Positions 8,454-16,398 of a stretch of DNA of 28,654 nt are shown here, piece by piece. A model generated the notes under the pieces. It saw nothing but the letters and a program-made list of their open reading frames with translations. It ran no database searches and was not told the origin of the DNA. Positions within the stretch are counted from its first letter, which is position 1; each line of letters opens with the position of its first letter. Source of the DNA: Candidatus Riflemargulisbacteria bacterium (GTDB taxonomy: Bacteria; Margulisbacteria; Riflemargulisbacteria; GWF2-35-9; DYQY01). The stretch spans positions 1-28,654 of the forward strand of contig JBAXBT010000001.1 in assembly GCA_037141875.1 (NCBI GenBank), given 5' to 3'. The translations under genes and the position numbers were made by a program.

Positions 8454-8488
8454 GTAATTGCTCCTTTGAGTCGATAAAGTAAGTCTAT

Positions 8489-9220
8489 TTAAATTCTGCT
8501 TTGTATATACGTTCGTATTGCGATAACAGCTTTTTTATGAACCTGAGATATCCTAGATTCAGATAAATTCATTATAAGACTTATCTCTTTTAGTGACAAT
8601 CGCTGTTCATAGTACAGGCTAAGGATAATTTTATCTTTTTCAGGGAGATCGTCTATTGCTTTAACCAATAGGTCTAATTTCTCCTGTTCTATTATTCCGC
8701 CAAGATGATCTTCATCATCTGATAGTTGATCTATAAACCTTAAATTGTCTTCATCATCCGTAAAATCATCTAAAGACATCAGATACGCACCGCTGGTCTC
8801 TTCTAATAACTTATCAAACTTATCTTCACTTACACCTAACTCCTGTGCAACTTCTGTATCATTAGGGATTCTTCCAAGCTTTTGTTCAAGCTCCTTATAA
8901 GCATCGGATATCTTTTTATGCTTTCTTATTATTGACTGACCACCAAAGCTAACCTTCCTTATCTCATCAAGGACCGCACCACGAACTTTTATATATGCAT
9001 ATGTTTGAAATTGAACATTTTTAGAGCTATCAAAATTTTGAGCTGCTTCCAAAAGACCTATATTTCCAACACTTACAAGATCTTCTCTGTCCATTCCATA
9101 AGGGAGGTTCATCTCCATTCGAGATATAATATGCTTTACTAATGCTAAATTATTAATAACCAGTCTTTCGATTTCCTCACTGGTCTTATCTTGCTCATAA
9201 GGATTATTATTTAATCTCAT
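8489..9220 (-). CDS. fliA: Flagellar sigma factor sigma-28 (FliA/WhiG)
   Basis: DLVSVGNIGLLEAAQNFD, FQTYAYIKVRGAVLDEIR, LSLYYEQRLSLKEISLIMNLSESRISQVH; follows flhF-flhG. Confidence 0.95.
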   Translation of the reverse strand: MRLNNNPYEQDKTSEEIERLVINNLALVKHIISRMEMNLPYGMDREDLVSVGNIGLLEAAQNFDSSKNVQFQTYAYIKVRGAVLDEIRKVSFGGQSIIRKHKKISDAYKELEQKLGRIPNDTEVAQELGVSEDKFDKLLEETSGAYLMSLDDFTDDEDNLRFIDQLSDDEDHLGGIIEQEKLDLLVKAIDDLPEKDKIILSLYYEQRLSLKEISLIMNLSESRISQVHKKAVIAIRTYIQSRI

Positions 9221-9233
9221 GGTCCTTAAAAGC

Positions 9234-9479
9234 CTATCCTTCTTTTTTCTTTTGTTCTGTTCGCCTTTGCTCTTTTCTTAACTCAATCTTTCTCAGCTGA
9301 CTATCAAGCAAAGTTTCTACTGTAATTACACCTAAAATGAGAGATAAATAATAACAAACAAAAAAAGCTACAACAGTCCTAATAACCAAAGAAGTAAAAG
9401 ATACATTCTGCAAAAAGCTAACTAAAAAAACGACTATCGCAGCCGTATTTGCAAAATACAAACAATATTTTTTAATCAT
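9234..9479 (-). CDS. Small two-TM flagellar-locus membrane protein, FlgV-like by topology and position
   Basis: Two hydrophobic helices then a K/R/E-rich tail; sits between flhG and fliA. ATG 9479 overlaps the flhG stop by 8 bp (ORF-track start 9488 is TTG). Confidence 0.55.
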   Translation of the reverse strand: MIKKYCLYFANTAAIVVFLVSFLQNVSFTSLVIRTVVAFFVCYYLSLILGVITVETLLDSQLRKIELRKEQRRTEQKKKEG

Positions 9480-10371
9480 TCCAACCAAAGTACTTTGTAG
9501 CTAATGAAAAGAAATTAGAAAAACTTTTATTGCTACTTGGGTCAATGCTAATAATTTTTTTCGCCAATTTACTGATTTCATAACTTACAACTGCATTAGG
9601 ATAATTAACAAGAACAGGCCTCTGCTCCCTAACAGCTGAACAAAGTGTCTTACTGGAGCTTACATGACCCAAATATTCGATATCTTTGTTAAGAAATTTA
9701 TTACAAACATTTTGTAATAAAGAGTAGACTTTTAATGCTTCATTTTCACTATTAACCATGTTAACAATTATACTGACCTTCATTTCATTATTATATTGAT
9801 GCAAAGTTTTAGTGACGGCATAAGCGTCTGATAAAGAGGTTGGTTCTGAAGTTAAAACTACAATAACTTCATCCGCTGCAAGTAAAAAATTCATAACAGT
9901 ATTACCTACTCCAGCTCCAGTATCTATTATAATAATATCTGGATGATGCTTATCCTGATAAAGTTCAAGTTGTTCAAAAAAGAACTGTTTTTGATTCTCA
10001 GTAAGTGAAGTTAATTGTGCTACCCCTGATACGCCTGGAAGAACTTTTATGTTGTAAGGACCTTCAACTATAACATCCTCAATTGGTATTTGGTCATAAA
10101 TAACATTACTGATATTATACTTAGGAAAAACTCCCATTAAAATATCTACATTTGCTGTACCAAAGTCAGCATCAAGTATAAGGACTTTCTTGTTTTGATT
10201 CTTAGCTATTGCAATGCCTAAGTTCAAAGAAATATTAGATTTACCTACTCCGCCCTTACCACTTGTAACAGCAATGACTCTAGTATTACCTTCTTTTTTA
10301 GAAGGAACAACACTTACATCATTTCTGCCTTGTGACCTTACTAATTGTCTAAGTGAATCAGCCTGATCCAT
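9472..10371 (-). CDS. flhG: Flagellar number regulator FlhG/FleN (MinD-like ATPase)
   Basis: N-terminal MDQADSLR motif, VTSGKGGVGKSN, ILDADFGTANVD, IIDTGAG; directly after flhF. ATG 10371 preceded by GGGGA. Confidence 0.93.
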   Translation of the reverse strand: MDQADSLRQLVRSQGRNDVSVVPSKKEGNTRVIAVTSGKGGVGKSNISLNLGIAIAKNQNKKVLILDADFGTANVDILMGVFPKYNISNVIYDQIPIEDVIVEGPYNIKVLPGVSGVAQLTSLTENQKQFFFEQLELYQDKHHPDIIIIDTGAGVGNTVMNFLLAADEVIVVLTSEPTSLSDAYAVTKTLHQYNNEMKVSIIVNMVNSENEALKVYSLLQNVCNKFLNKDIEYLGHVSSSKTLCSAVREQRPVLVNYPNAVVSYEISKLAKKIISIDPSSNKSFSNFFSLATKYFGWND

Positions 10372-10390
10372 ATTTTCCCCCAAAAATTAT

Positions 10391-11602
10391 CTATCCCTCA
10401 AATATCAAATCAGCAATTTTCCCAGAATTTGCTACCTCAAAATCATCGGGAACATTTTGACCATTCGTAAAATAACTCAACTTCTTGTGATACTTATGAA
10501 CTACATCCAAAATGACCCCTCGAGAATCTGTCTCGTCAACCTTCGTAAATATTACCTTATCATCAAATATAGCACTATAACGTTGAATTGTATTATAAAT
10601 ATCTTTCGACTTTGCAGTAACGCTAAGCACTAAATAAGTATCTACAAAACTATTCCTTAAAAACTTTTTCAGCTCTAAGATTTGAGACCGATTGTTAGGA
10701 GAACGGCCAGCAGTATCAATAAGAATTAAATCCATATCCTTATGTTTTCTAAGCGCCTGAGTGAAATCCTCCATATTAAAGACAACTTCCATAGGTATAC
10801 CTATTATATTAGAATAGTTTCTTAATTGTTCTATGGCCGCAACCCTAAATGTATCGATAGTTATGAGTGCAACTTTCTTTTTCTGTATCAAACTAAAATT
10901 AGCTGCCATTTTTGCAATTGTTGTTGTCTTACCAACTCCAGTAGGCCCTACCAAAGCGATTATCCTTTTGGCATCTGGGACATCAAGATCTATTTGATGA
11001 GCCATCCCTAACATTTGAGTTACTTTGTCTCTAATATAATCATTAACTCGTGCCTTATCTTCTAATTCTTTATCTTCAAAATCATTTTCAATATTCTGCA
11101 AAATACTGACAATCAACTCTTCACTTATCCCTTTTGCTTCCAAGTTTTTATAATAAACAAGTAATTTAGGTGAAATCATCGGATGTGGAGAATTTGCTAC
11201 TTTTCTTACAATGATATTTAGTGTCTCTTTAATATCATCCATTTCTCTTGTAAGAGTTGTGACCTTTTGTTCCAAACTTGAGGTAATAGGAGTTATTTCT
11301 TGTGTTATTTGCTTTATATTCTCTTTCAAATTAAAAACTGGTTTATTTGAATTATTTTGCGAAGGAATAAAAGAGGAAGAAGGAACAAAAGAATTTTGTC
11401 TTTGCTCAACATCCTGTTTTTTTTCAACAATGTTAACATCAACTCCAGCCATAACCTCTACTATATCTTGACCAAATAAACCAAAAATTCCTCCCTTACT
11501 AATAGTTCTGGAATGAAGAATGATTGCTTCAGGCCCAAAGTCCCGTTTAATCATCCTTACAGCATCATTCATGCTCTTGGCTTCATACTTCTTTATCCTC
11601 AT
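10391..11602 (-). CDS. flhF: Flagellar SRP-family GTPase FlhF
   Basis: MRIKKYEAKSM..A...IKRDFG.EAIIL, GPTGVGKTTTIAKMAA, ITIDTFRVAA.EQL, DTAGRS, TKVDET, NGQNVPDD. Confidence 0.96.
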   Translation of the reverse strand: MRIKKYEAKSMNDAVRMIKRDFGPEAIILHSRTISKGGIFGLFGQDIVEVMAGVDVNIVEKKQDVEQRQNSFVPSSSFIPSQNNSNKPVFNLKENIKQITQEITPITSSLEQKVTTLTREMDDIKETLNIIVRKVANSPHPMISPKLLVYYKNLEAKGISEELIVSILQNIENDFEDKELEDKARVNDYIRDKVTQMLGMAHQIDLDVPDAKRIIALVGPTGVGKTTTIAKMAANFSLIQKKKVALITIDTFRVAAIEQLRNYSNIIGIPMEVVFNMEDFTQALRKHKDMDLILIDTAGRSPNNRSQILELKKFLRNSFVDTYLVLSVTAKSKDIYNTIQRYSAIFDDKVIFTKVDETDSRGVILDVVHKYHKKLSYFTNGQNVPDDFEVANSGKIADLIFEG

Positions 11603-13673
11603 TAACTAACCTCACTAATCCTATGGCTTGTATCTCAACCTCTGCTAATATTTCATTATACGCCAAGACAACTAAATTGGGAAATGTACGTGCTGTCATT
11701 TTCCTGAAATGTGGCCTAACACTTGTTGAACATAAAACAAGTGGCTGATACCCCAATTTTGATACTTTTTCTATCTCCTCAGAAATGCTTTGAAACATCT
11801 TTTGAATATACAAAGGACTAAGGGAAGTGAAGGAACCTTGATCAGTATATTGAATGGAGTCCGCGATTTTCTGTTCCAACGATGGATCAAGTGTTATCGC
11901 AACAATAATTCCTTTGGGAGTCTGATACATTTTTGTAATTTGCCTAGCAAGTCCCTGCCGACAATTAGAAGTTAAATTATCAACATTTTTACTAATTCTG
12001 GCATTGTCGGCAAGTATTTCTAAAATGGTAACTAAATTTCTAACTGGTATTCTCTCATTTAAAAGCTGTCCCATTACTTTCTGAACCTCTCCTACTGTCA
12101 TTAAAGTAGGAATAAGCTCCTCAACTACAGCTGGATATTTTTCTTTAACATTATCTATAAGAACTTTAACTTCTTGCCTACCCAATAGTTCAGCAGCATG
12201 TTTACGAATAATTTCTGTAATATGCGTAATGATAACTGTTGCTGCATCTACCACTGTATAACCAGCAACCTGTGCCCTTTCTCTATCACCTGAGGCAATC
12301 CAAATTGCCTTAAGACCAAAAGCTGGCTCAACTGTCTCAAACCCTGAAATCTTTTCTGTAACTCCACCAGGATCCATAGCCAAAAGCCTATCATTCATAA
12401 CTTCTCCAGTTGCCATATCAGCACTTTTAATTTTGATTACATAATTATTTGGCTTTAGACTAATATTGTCTCTTATTCGAATTGGTGGAACGATAATACC
12501 TAACTCAGAAGCTAATTTCTTTCTCATAGAAGTAATATTCTCAAGCAACGCGCCTCCTTGTTTAGGGTCAACCAGCGGAATTACACCATAACCTATTTCC
12601 AGCTCTAAAATATCCATATCAATTTTAGGAACTATTTTTTCTGGAGCAGTTTCCTTTGAGGCATCATCTTTTTTAATGCCAACACTATCTAACTGAGCTC
12701 CATCTTCTTTCCCCTCAAGCGTTTTGAAAGAATTACCAAGATATCCAAAAAAAATGGCCAAAACCAAAAAAGGTAACTTAGGCATTCCAGGAATAAATAA
12801 AGCAAGACCAGAAAGACCTGATGCGATATACATTACCCTCTGCTGTGAAAACATTTGATTTCTAATATCTGAAGCTAAATTAACCTCTGAAGAAGCCTTT
12901 GTAACTATAATGCCAGCAGCTGACGAAATTAATAAAGCAGGAACCTGAAGGACAATACCTGCACCCACAGTCAAAAGAGTATAAACCTGTATTGCTTGCA
13001 TCATTGGCATTCCTAATTGCAAAACTCCTACAATAAATCCTCCTAAAATATTAACAATGATAATGATAATAGATGCAATGGAATCTCCTCGTATAAACTT
13101 GGTAGCACCGTCCATAGACCCATAAAAATCAGCTTCCTTTGCTATATCTATTCTCTTCTTCTTAGCTGTCTCCTCATCAATGAGTCCAGCATTTAAATCT
13201 GCATCAATTGCCATCTGTTTGCCAGGCATTGCATCTAAGGTAAATCTAGCAGCTACTTCCGCAACTCTTTGAGCACCACCCGTTATAACAACAAACTGAA
13301 TAACGACTAACACAAGAAAAATCATTATTCCAACTACATAATTACCACCCACAACAAAATTTCCGAAAGTTGAAACGATGCTACCTGCTGATGCAGTTAA
13401 CATTAAAGATCTTGTAATAAGTATCCCTAATGCCAGCCTAAAAAGTGTTATTAGTAAAAGGAAGGTAGGGAAAACATTAAATTGAACAGCGTCTTTTGTA
13501 TTCATAGTAACCAATAAAATAAGCACAGAAACTGTAAAATTAAGAGAAACAACAATATCTATAAAAAAATTTGGTAAAGGAATAAGAATCATTATCAAGA
13601 CGGCTAAAACGCCTACAACCATGAATAAATCATTAAATATACCTGTTTTTTGAGTGCCAGCTACTTTTTCCAT
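11583..13673 (-). CDS. flhA: Flagellar export gate protein FlhA
   Basis: FPTFLLLITLFRL, RVAEVAARFTLDAMPGKQMAIDADLNAG, ADFYGSMDGA.KF.RGD, GIIVPPIRIRDN; linked to flhF/flhG so flagellar rather than SctV. Start placed at ATG 13673 (uncertain). Confidence 0.96.
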   Translation of the reverse strand: MEKVAGTQKTGIFNDLFMVVGVLAVLIMILIPLPNFFIDIVVSLNFTVSVLILLVTMNTKDAVQFNVFPTFLLLITLFRLALGILITRSLMLTASAGSIVSTFGNFVVGGNYVVGIMIFLVLVVIQFVVITGGAQRVAEVAARFTLDAMPGKQMAIDADLNAGLIDEETAKKKRIDIAKEADFYGSMDGATKFIRGDSIASIIIIIVNILGGFIVGVLQLGMPMMQAIQVYTLLTVGAGIVLQVPALLISSAAGIIVTKASSEVNLASDIRNQMFSQQRVMYIASGLSGLALFIPGMPKLPFLVLAIFFGYLGNSFKTLEGKEDGAQLDSVGIKKDDASKETAPEKIVPKIDMDILELEIGYGVIPLVDPKQGGALLENITSMRKKLASELGIIVPPIRIRDNISLKPNNYVIKIKSADMATGEVMNDRLLAMDPGGVTEKISGFETVEPAFGLKAIWIASGDRERAQVAGYTVVDAATVIITHITEIIRKHAAELLGRQEVKVLIDNVKEKYPAVVEELIPTLMTVGEVQKVMGQLLNERIPVRNLVTILEILADNARISKNVDNLTSNCRQGLARQITKMYQTPKGIIVAITLDPSLEQKIADSIQYTDQGSFTSLSPLYIQKMFQSISEEIEKVSKLGYQPLVLCSTSVRPHFRKMTARTFPNLVVLAYNEILAEVEIQAIGLVRLVNEDKEV

Positions 13674-13733
13674 AGAGAAATAATAACATAGCAAACCCTG
13701 CTTTGTATTCATAAACAATTACAAAATAAGCAT

Positions 13734-13758
13734 TAAACAGAATACCATTGTCTGTTTA
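13734..13758. promoter_or_regulatory. Inverted repeat upstream of flhA (possible operator or hairpin)
   Basis: TAAACAGA-9 nt-TCTGTTTA in the divergent flhA/RRM spacer. Confidence 0.3.
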
Positions 13759-13793
13759 CAACAATAATTAAAAGGCATTTACAATATTAAAAT

Positions 13794-13822
13794 TTGATTT
13801 TTACTAAATTATTGACTATAAT
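13794..13822 (+). promoter_or_regulatory. Sigma70-like promoter for the RRM gene (TTGATT-N17-TATAAT)
   Basis: Motif and spacing read directly; AGGAGGT SD follows before ATG 13852. Confidence 0.55.
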
Positions 13823-13851
13823 TTTAATTACTAAGCATCAGGAGGTACGAC

Positions 13852-14088
13852 ATGAGCACAAGTTTATACGTAGGAAACCTTTCATGGGAAACAACAGAAG
13901 AAGAATTAACTACTTTATTTAAAGATATAAACGAGCTTGATGAAGTAAGAACAAAAATCGAAACTGATACTCTAACAGGTCAACCAAGAGGATTTGCTTT
14001 TGTGGAAGTACCAAATGAACACGTTGAAAGTGTAATAAAAAACATGCACGGATTTGAGTTAAATGGAAGAGAACTAATAGTTAACTGA
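13852..14088 (+). CDS. Single-RRM RNA-binding protein
   Basis: RNP2 LYVGNLSW and RNP1 RGFAFVEV; ends at GRELIVN with no Gly-rich tail; strong SD. Confidence 0.92.
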   Translation: MSTSLYVGNLSWETTEEELTTLFKDINELDEVRTKIETDTLTGQPRGFAFVEVPNEHVESVIKNMHGFELNGRELIVN

Positions 14089-14103
14089 TATAAAAAACAG
14101 CTC

Positions 14104-14132
14104 TTCCCAGATACAAGCTTCTCCTTTATAAT
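14104..14132 (+). promoter_or_regulatory. Sigma70-like promoter TTCCCA-N17-TATAAT, 7 nt before yqeK ATG (leaderless-type)
   Basis: Motif read directly; no SD before ATG 14140. Confidence 0.45.
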
Positions 14133-14139
14133 CCGCTAA

Positions 14140-14700
14140 ATGACTATTAATTTACAGGAAATTCTACACAAATATTTAAACTCAGAAGAAAGAATTAATC
14201 ACTCAATAAGAGTCGCTGACTTAGCCGTAGAATTAGCAAAAAAATATGAAGTTGAACCAACCAAAGCATATACTGCAGGGATACTGCATGACTTAGCAAA
14301 AGAAATCACCTTTGAAAAAGCAATACAAATCTCTCGCGAAAACAACTACTCTCTTTCAGAATCTGAGATTCTAAATAAAAAACTGCTTCATGCACCCATT
14401 GGTGCGCTAATTGCTCAATACGAGTTAGGAATAACAGATGCTGAAGTAATAAGTTCAATCCGCTGGCATACTACAGGGAAAGCAAACATGAGCACTTTAG
14501 AAAAAATCATATACTTAGCTGACATGGCTGAACCAGGAAGAAAATTTCCAGAAGCTATTGAAATAAAAGAATTTGCTTTTCAAGACATTAATAAAGCAAT
14601 GCACTTTGCAATAAAGCATTCACTCAAAAAACTTATAGACGCTGAACGCAATATAGATTCTAACTCAATAGACTGTTACAACTATCTTACAAAAAGCTAA
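14140..14700 (+). CDS. yqeK: YqeK-family HD hydrolase (symmetrical Ap4A hydrolase)
   Basis: HSIRVA, AGILHDLAKE, LLHAPIGA, SIRWHTTG, LEKIIYLADMAEPGR. Confidence 0.92.
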   Translation: MTINLQEILHKYLNSEERINHSIRVADLAVELAKKYEVEPTKAYTAGILHDLAKEITFEKAIQISRENNYSLSESEILNKKLLHAPIGALIAQYELGITDAEVISSIRWHTTGKANMSTLEKIIYLADMAEPGRKFPEAIEIKEFAFQDINKAMHFAIKHSLKKLIDAERNIDSNSIDCYNYLTKS

Positions 14701-15848
14701 CGACTAAGAGCCTGAGAAAAGCTCTTCATTGCTTCAGACAAGGTGTCTCCTATCATTTTACCTACTGCTGTATAAGTAGCTATCATGTCTTTCATAGTTT
14801 GTAATTTCTGTTGAAGTTGAAACAATGCACCAGGATCAGTATAAGAAGTTAAATTATTAGCAAAATCTAACATACTCCTATATGTAGAATCTATTGAATC
14901 ACCTATATCATGACGAACCTGCGAAAGAGAAGATGTATTTGGGGTAGTGCCTGCAGTATAAAGACTGTTCACATTATTTCCATCTTCCATAGACCATGCA
15001 TTTCCTACTGAACCATCTCCACTAGTAACTTCCTGAGAGCTAAAAGTAAAAGCAAAATCAGACAACTCTGCAGTACCCTGAGTTAAATTTGTTGCATCAT
15101 AAGTCGTAATCTGGCCGCTTCCTCCAACCAATCCAACGACTACGTGTCCCTGGGTTGAAGCATCTCCACTAGTAACACAAACTTGCACCTTACTCTCATC
15201 AACTCCACAAGCTATAGCTAAGTTTGCAACTAAAATAGCCATATCTTCACAATCCCCTGAACCTGAAGCAAGCGTATTAGAAGCAGAACTCCACCCTTCT
15301 CCTGGCACATCAGCTTCATACCTAACATTTGAGTTCACATACTTAGTTATAGCTGATAGCTTTTCGGCATCAGTCATTGTGTCAGTAATAATTCCTTGAG
15401 CCATCAACTGACTTGCAAGGTCTACAACTGAAGCATTTTGTGGTTGGATAAAAGAAGTAATATCAACATTATTTGTGCCATCAAAAGCAGTTGCTTTATT
15501 AATATTAGCATTTGCTTGAATAGTTAAGGACAGTTCAGCTAAATAGGACATTATCTTTTGCTGATCCTCAAGACTCATATCATCAGTAATAACAAAATCT
15601 GATCTCAGTGTGTCAAAAAGTGCTTGAACTGCAGGATCGTTGGATTGAAAAATATCTGGAATACCCGTATATTTCTGGCCATTAATTTCTATTTTAAAGA
15701 ATTGATAATCACCTTGTTTAGAAGAACCTGCATAACTGGACTCCATCTCAACTGATTGTTGAACCAAACCATCTTCTTGTAAAATTGTTTCAGGAAGTCT
15801 CTGATTAACACCTCCTTGTGACTCAATCCCAACATTATTAATAACCAT
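14697..15848 (-). CDS. Transglutaminase-like (Cys-His-Asp) protein with uncharacterised helical N- and C-terminal extensions; probably secreted
   Basis: KLSAITKYVNSNVRY, TLASGSGDCEDMAILVANL (C200), GHVVV (H235), YDAT (D251); acidic, S/T/N/G-rich; SD GGGGGA. Core assignment is solid, extensions are not. Confidence 0.8.
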   Translation of the reverse strand: MVINNVGIESQGGVNQRLPETILQEDGLVQQSVEMESSYAGSSKQGDYQFFKIEINGQKYTGIPDIFQSNDPAVQALFDTLRSDFVITDDMSLEDQQKIMSYLAELSLTIQANANINKATAFDGTNNVDITSFIQPQNASVVDLASQLMAQGIITDTMTDAEKLSAITKYVNSNVRYEADVPGEGWSSASNTLASGSGDCEDMAILVANLAIACGVDESKVQVCVTSGDASTQGHVVVGLVGGSGQITTYDATNLTQGTAELSDFAFTFSSQEVTSGDGSVGNAWSMEDGNNVNSLYTAGTTPNTSSLSQVRHDIGDSIDSTYRSMLDFANNLTSYTDPGALFQLQQKLQTMKDMIATYTAVGKMIGDTLSEAMKSFSQALSR

Positions 15849-15873
15849 GTTAAATCCCCCCTATCTCTATTTA

Positions 15874-16269
15874 TTAAATATTCTGGTCATAAGAAAACGC
15901 ATCATTAGCTTGACTAGCGGTTTCTTTTAATTGTTTTTCCAGTTCATCCCAAATCATATCTTCCAAAAACTTATTACACAACTCTTCTTGAGTAATACCA
16001 TTTGTGCCTGAAGATGTCGCGCCATACGTTGACATATTCGCAATTTCTAAATTCTCCGTTCCCTGCATATCTCCATGATATACACTTATTTTAACGTCTC
16101 CCTCTGTAGCATCTAAAAGCTGACCAACAGTAGTCTCATTGCCCTCATACATCAAACTCATAGATAGTATTTCATTTTGATCGATTACGCCATCAGCTAC
16201 TAAAGCAGAACTGTTCCTTTGCTCCGATAGGTTTATAAAAACATTTCCAGAAACATAATTTGACTCCAT
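15874..16269 (-). CDS. Hypothetical acidic 131-aa protein, probably co-transcribed with the transglutaminase-like gene
   Basis: SD AAGGAG, 25-bp gap to next gene, similar composition; C-terminal amphipathic helix FLEDMIWDELEKQLKE. Confidence 0.75.
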   Translation of the reverse strand: MESNYVSGNVFINLSEQRNSSALVADGVIDQNEILSMSLMYEGNETTVGQLLDATEGDVKISVYHGDMQGTENLEIANMSTYGATSSGTNGITQEELCNKFLEDMIWDELEKQLKETASQANDAFSYDQNI

Positions 16270-16398
16270 GTTCTACTCCTTTATAAACTTTTCTACTTAC
16301 ATTGTTAATATCGCCACGAATAGAGAAATAAATGTATCGAAAATTATTAATGAATATTTTATTGTGTTTTGGGCGTATTAACTATTGGGGGAATATCT

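Noticed and set aside
8454-8488. T-box leader for ileS, or a sigma-28 promoter at GTCGATAA (8470-8477)
   Set aside because: 35 bp is too short for a T-box; the octamer is on the antisense strand with no TAAA at the right spacing.
11583-13673. flhA as a non-flagellar T3SS SctV
   Set aside because: Directly coupled to flhF, flhG and fliA, which is the flagellar context.
14086-14139. Premature stop in the RRM gene
   Set aside because: The RRM fold is complete, the downstream frame (YKKQLFPDTSFSFIIR) is not RRM-tail-like, and the region carries the predicted yqeK promoter.
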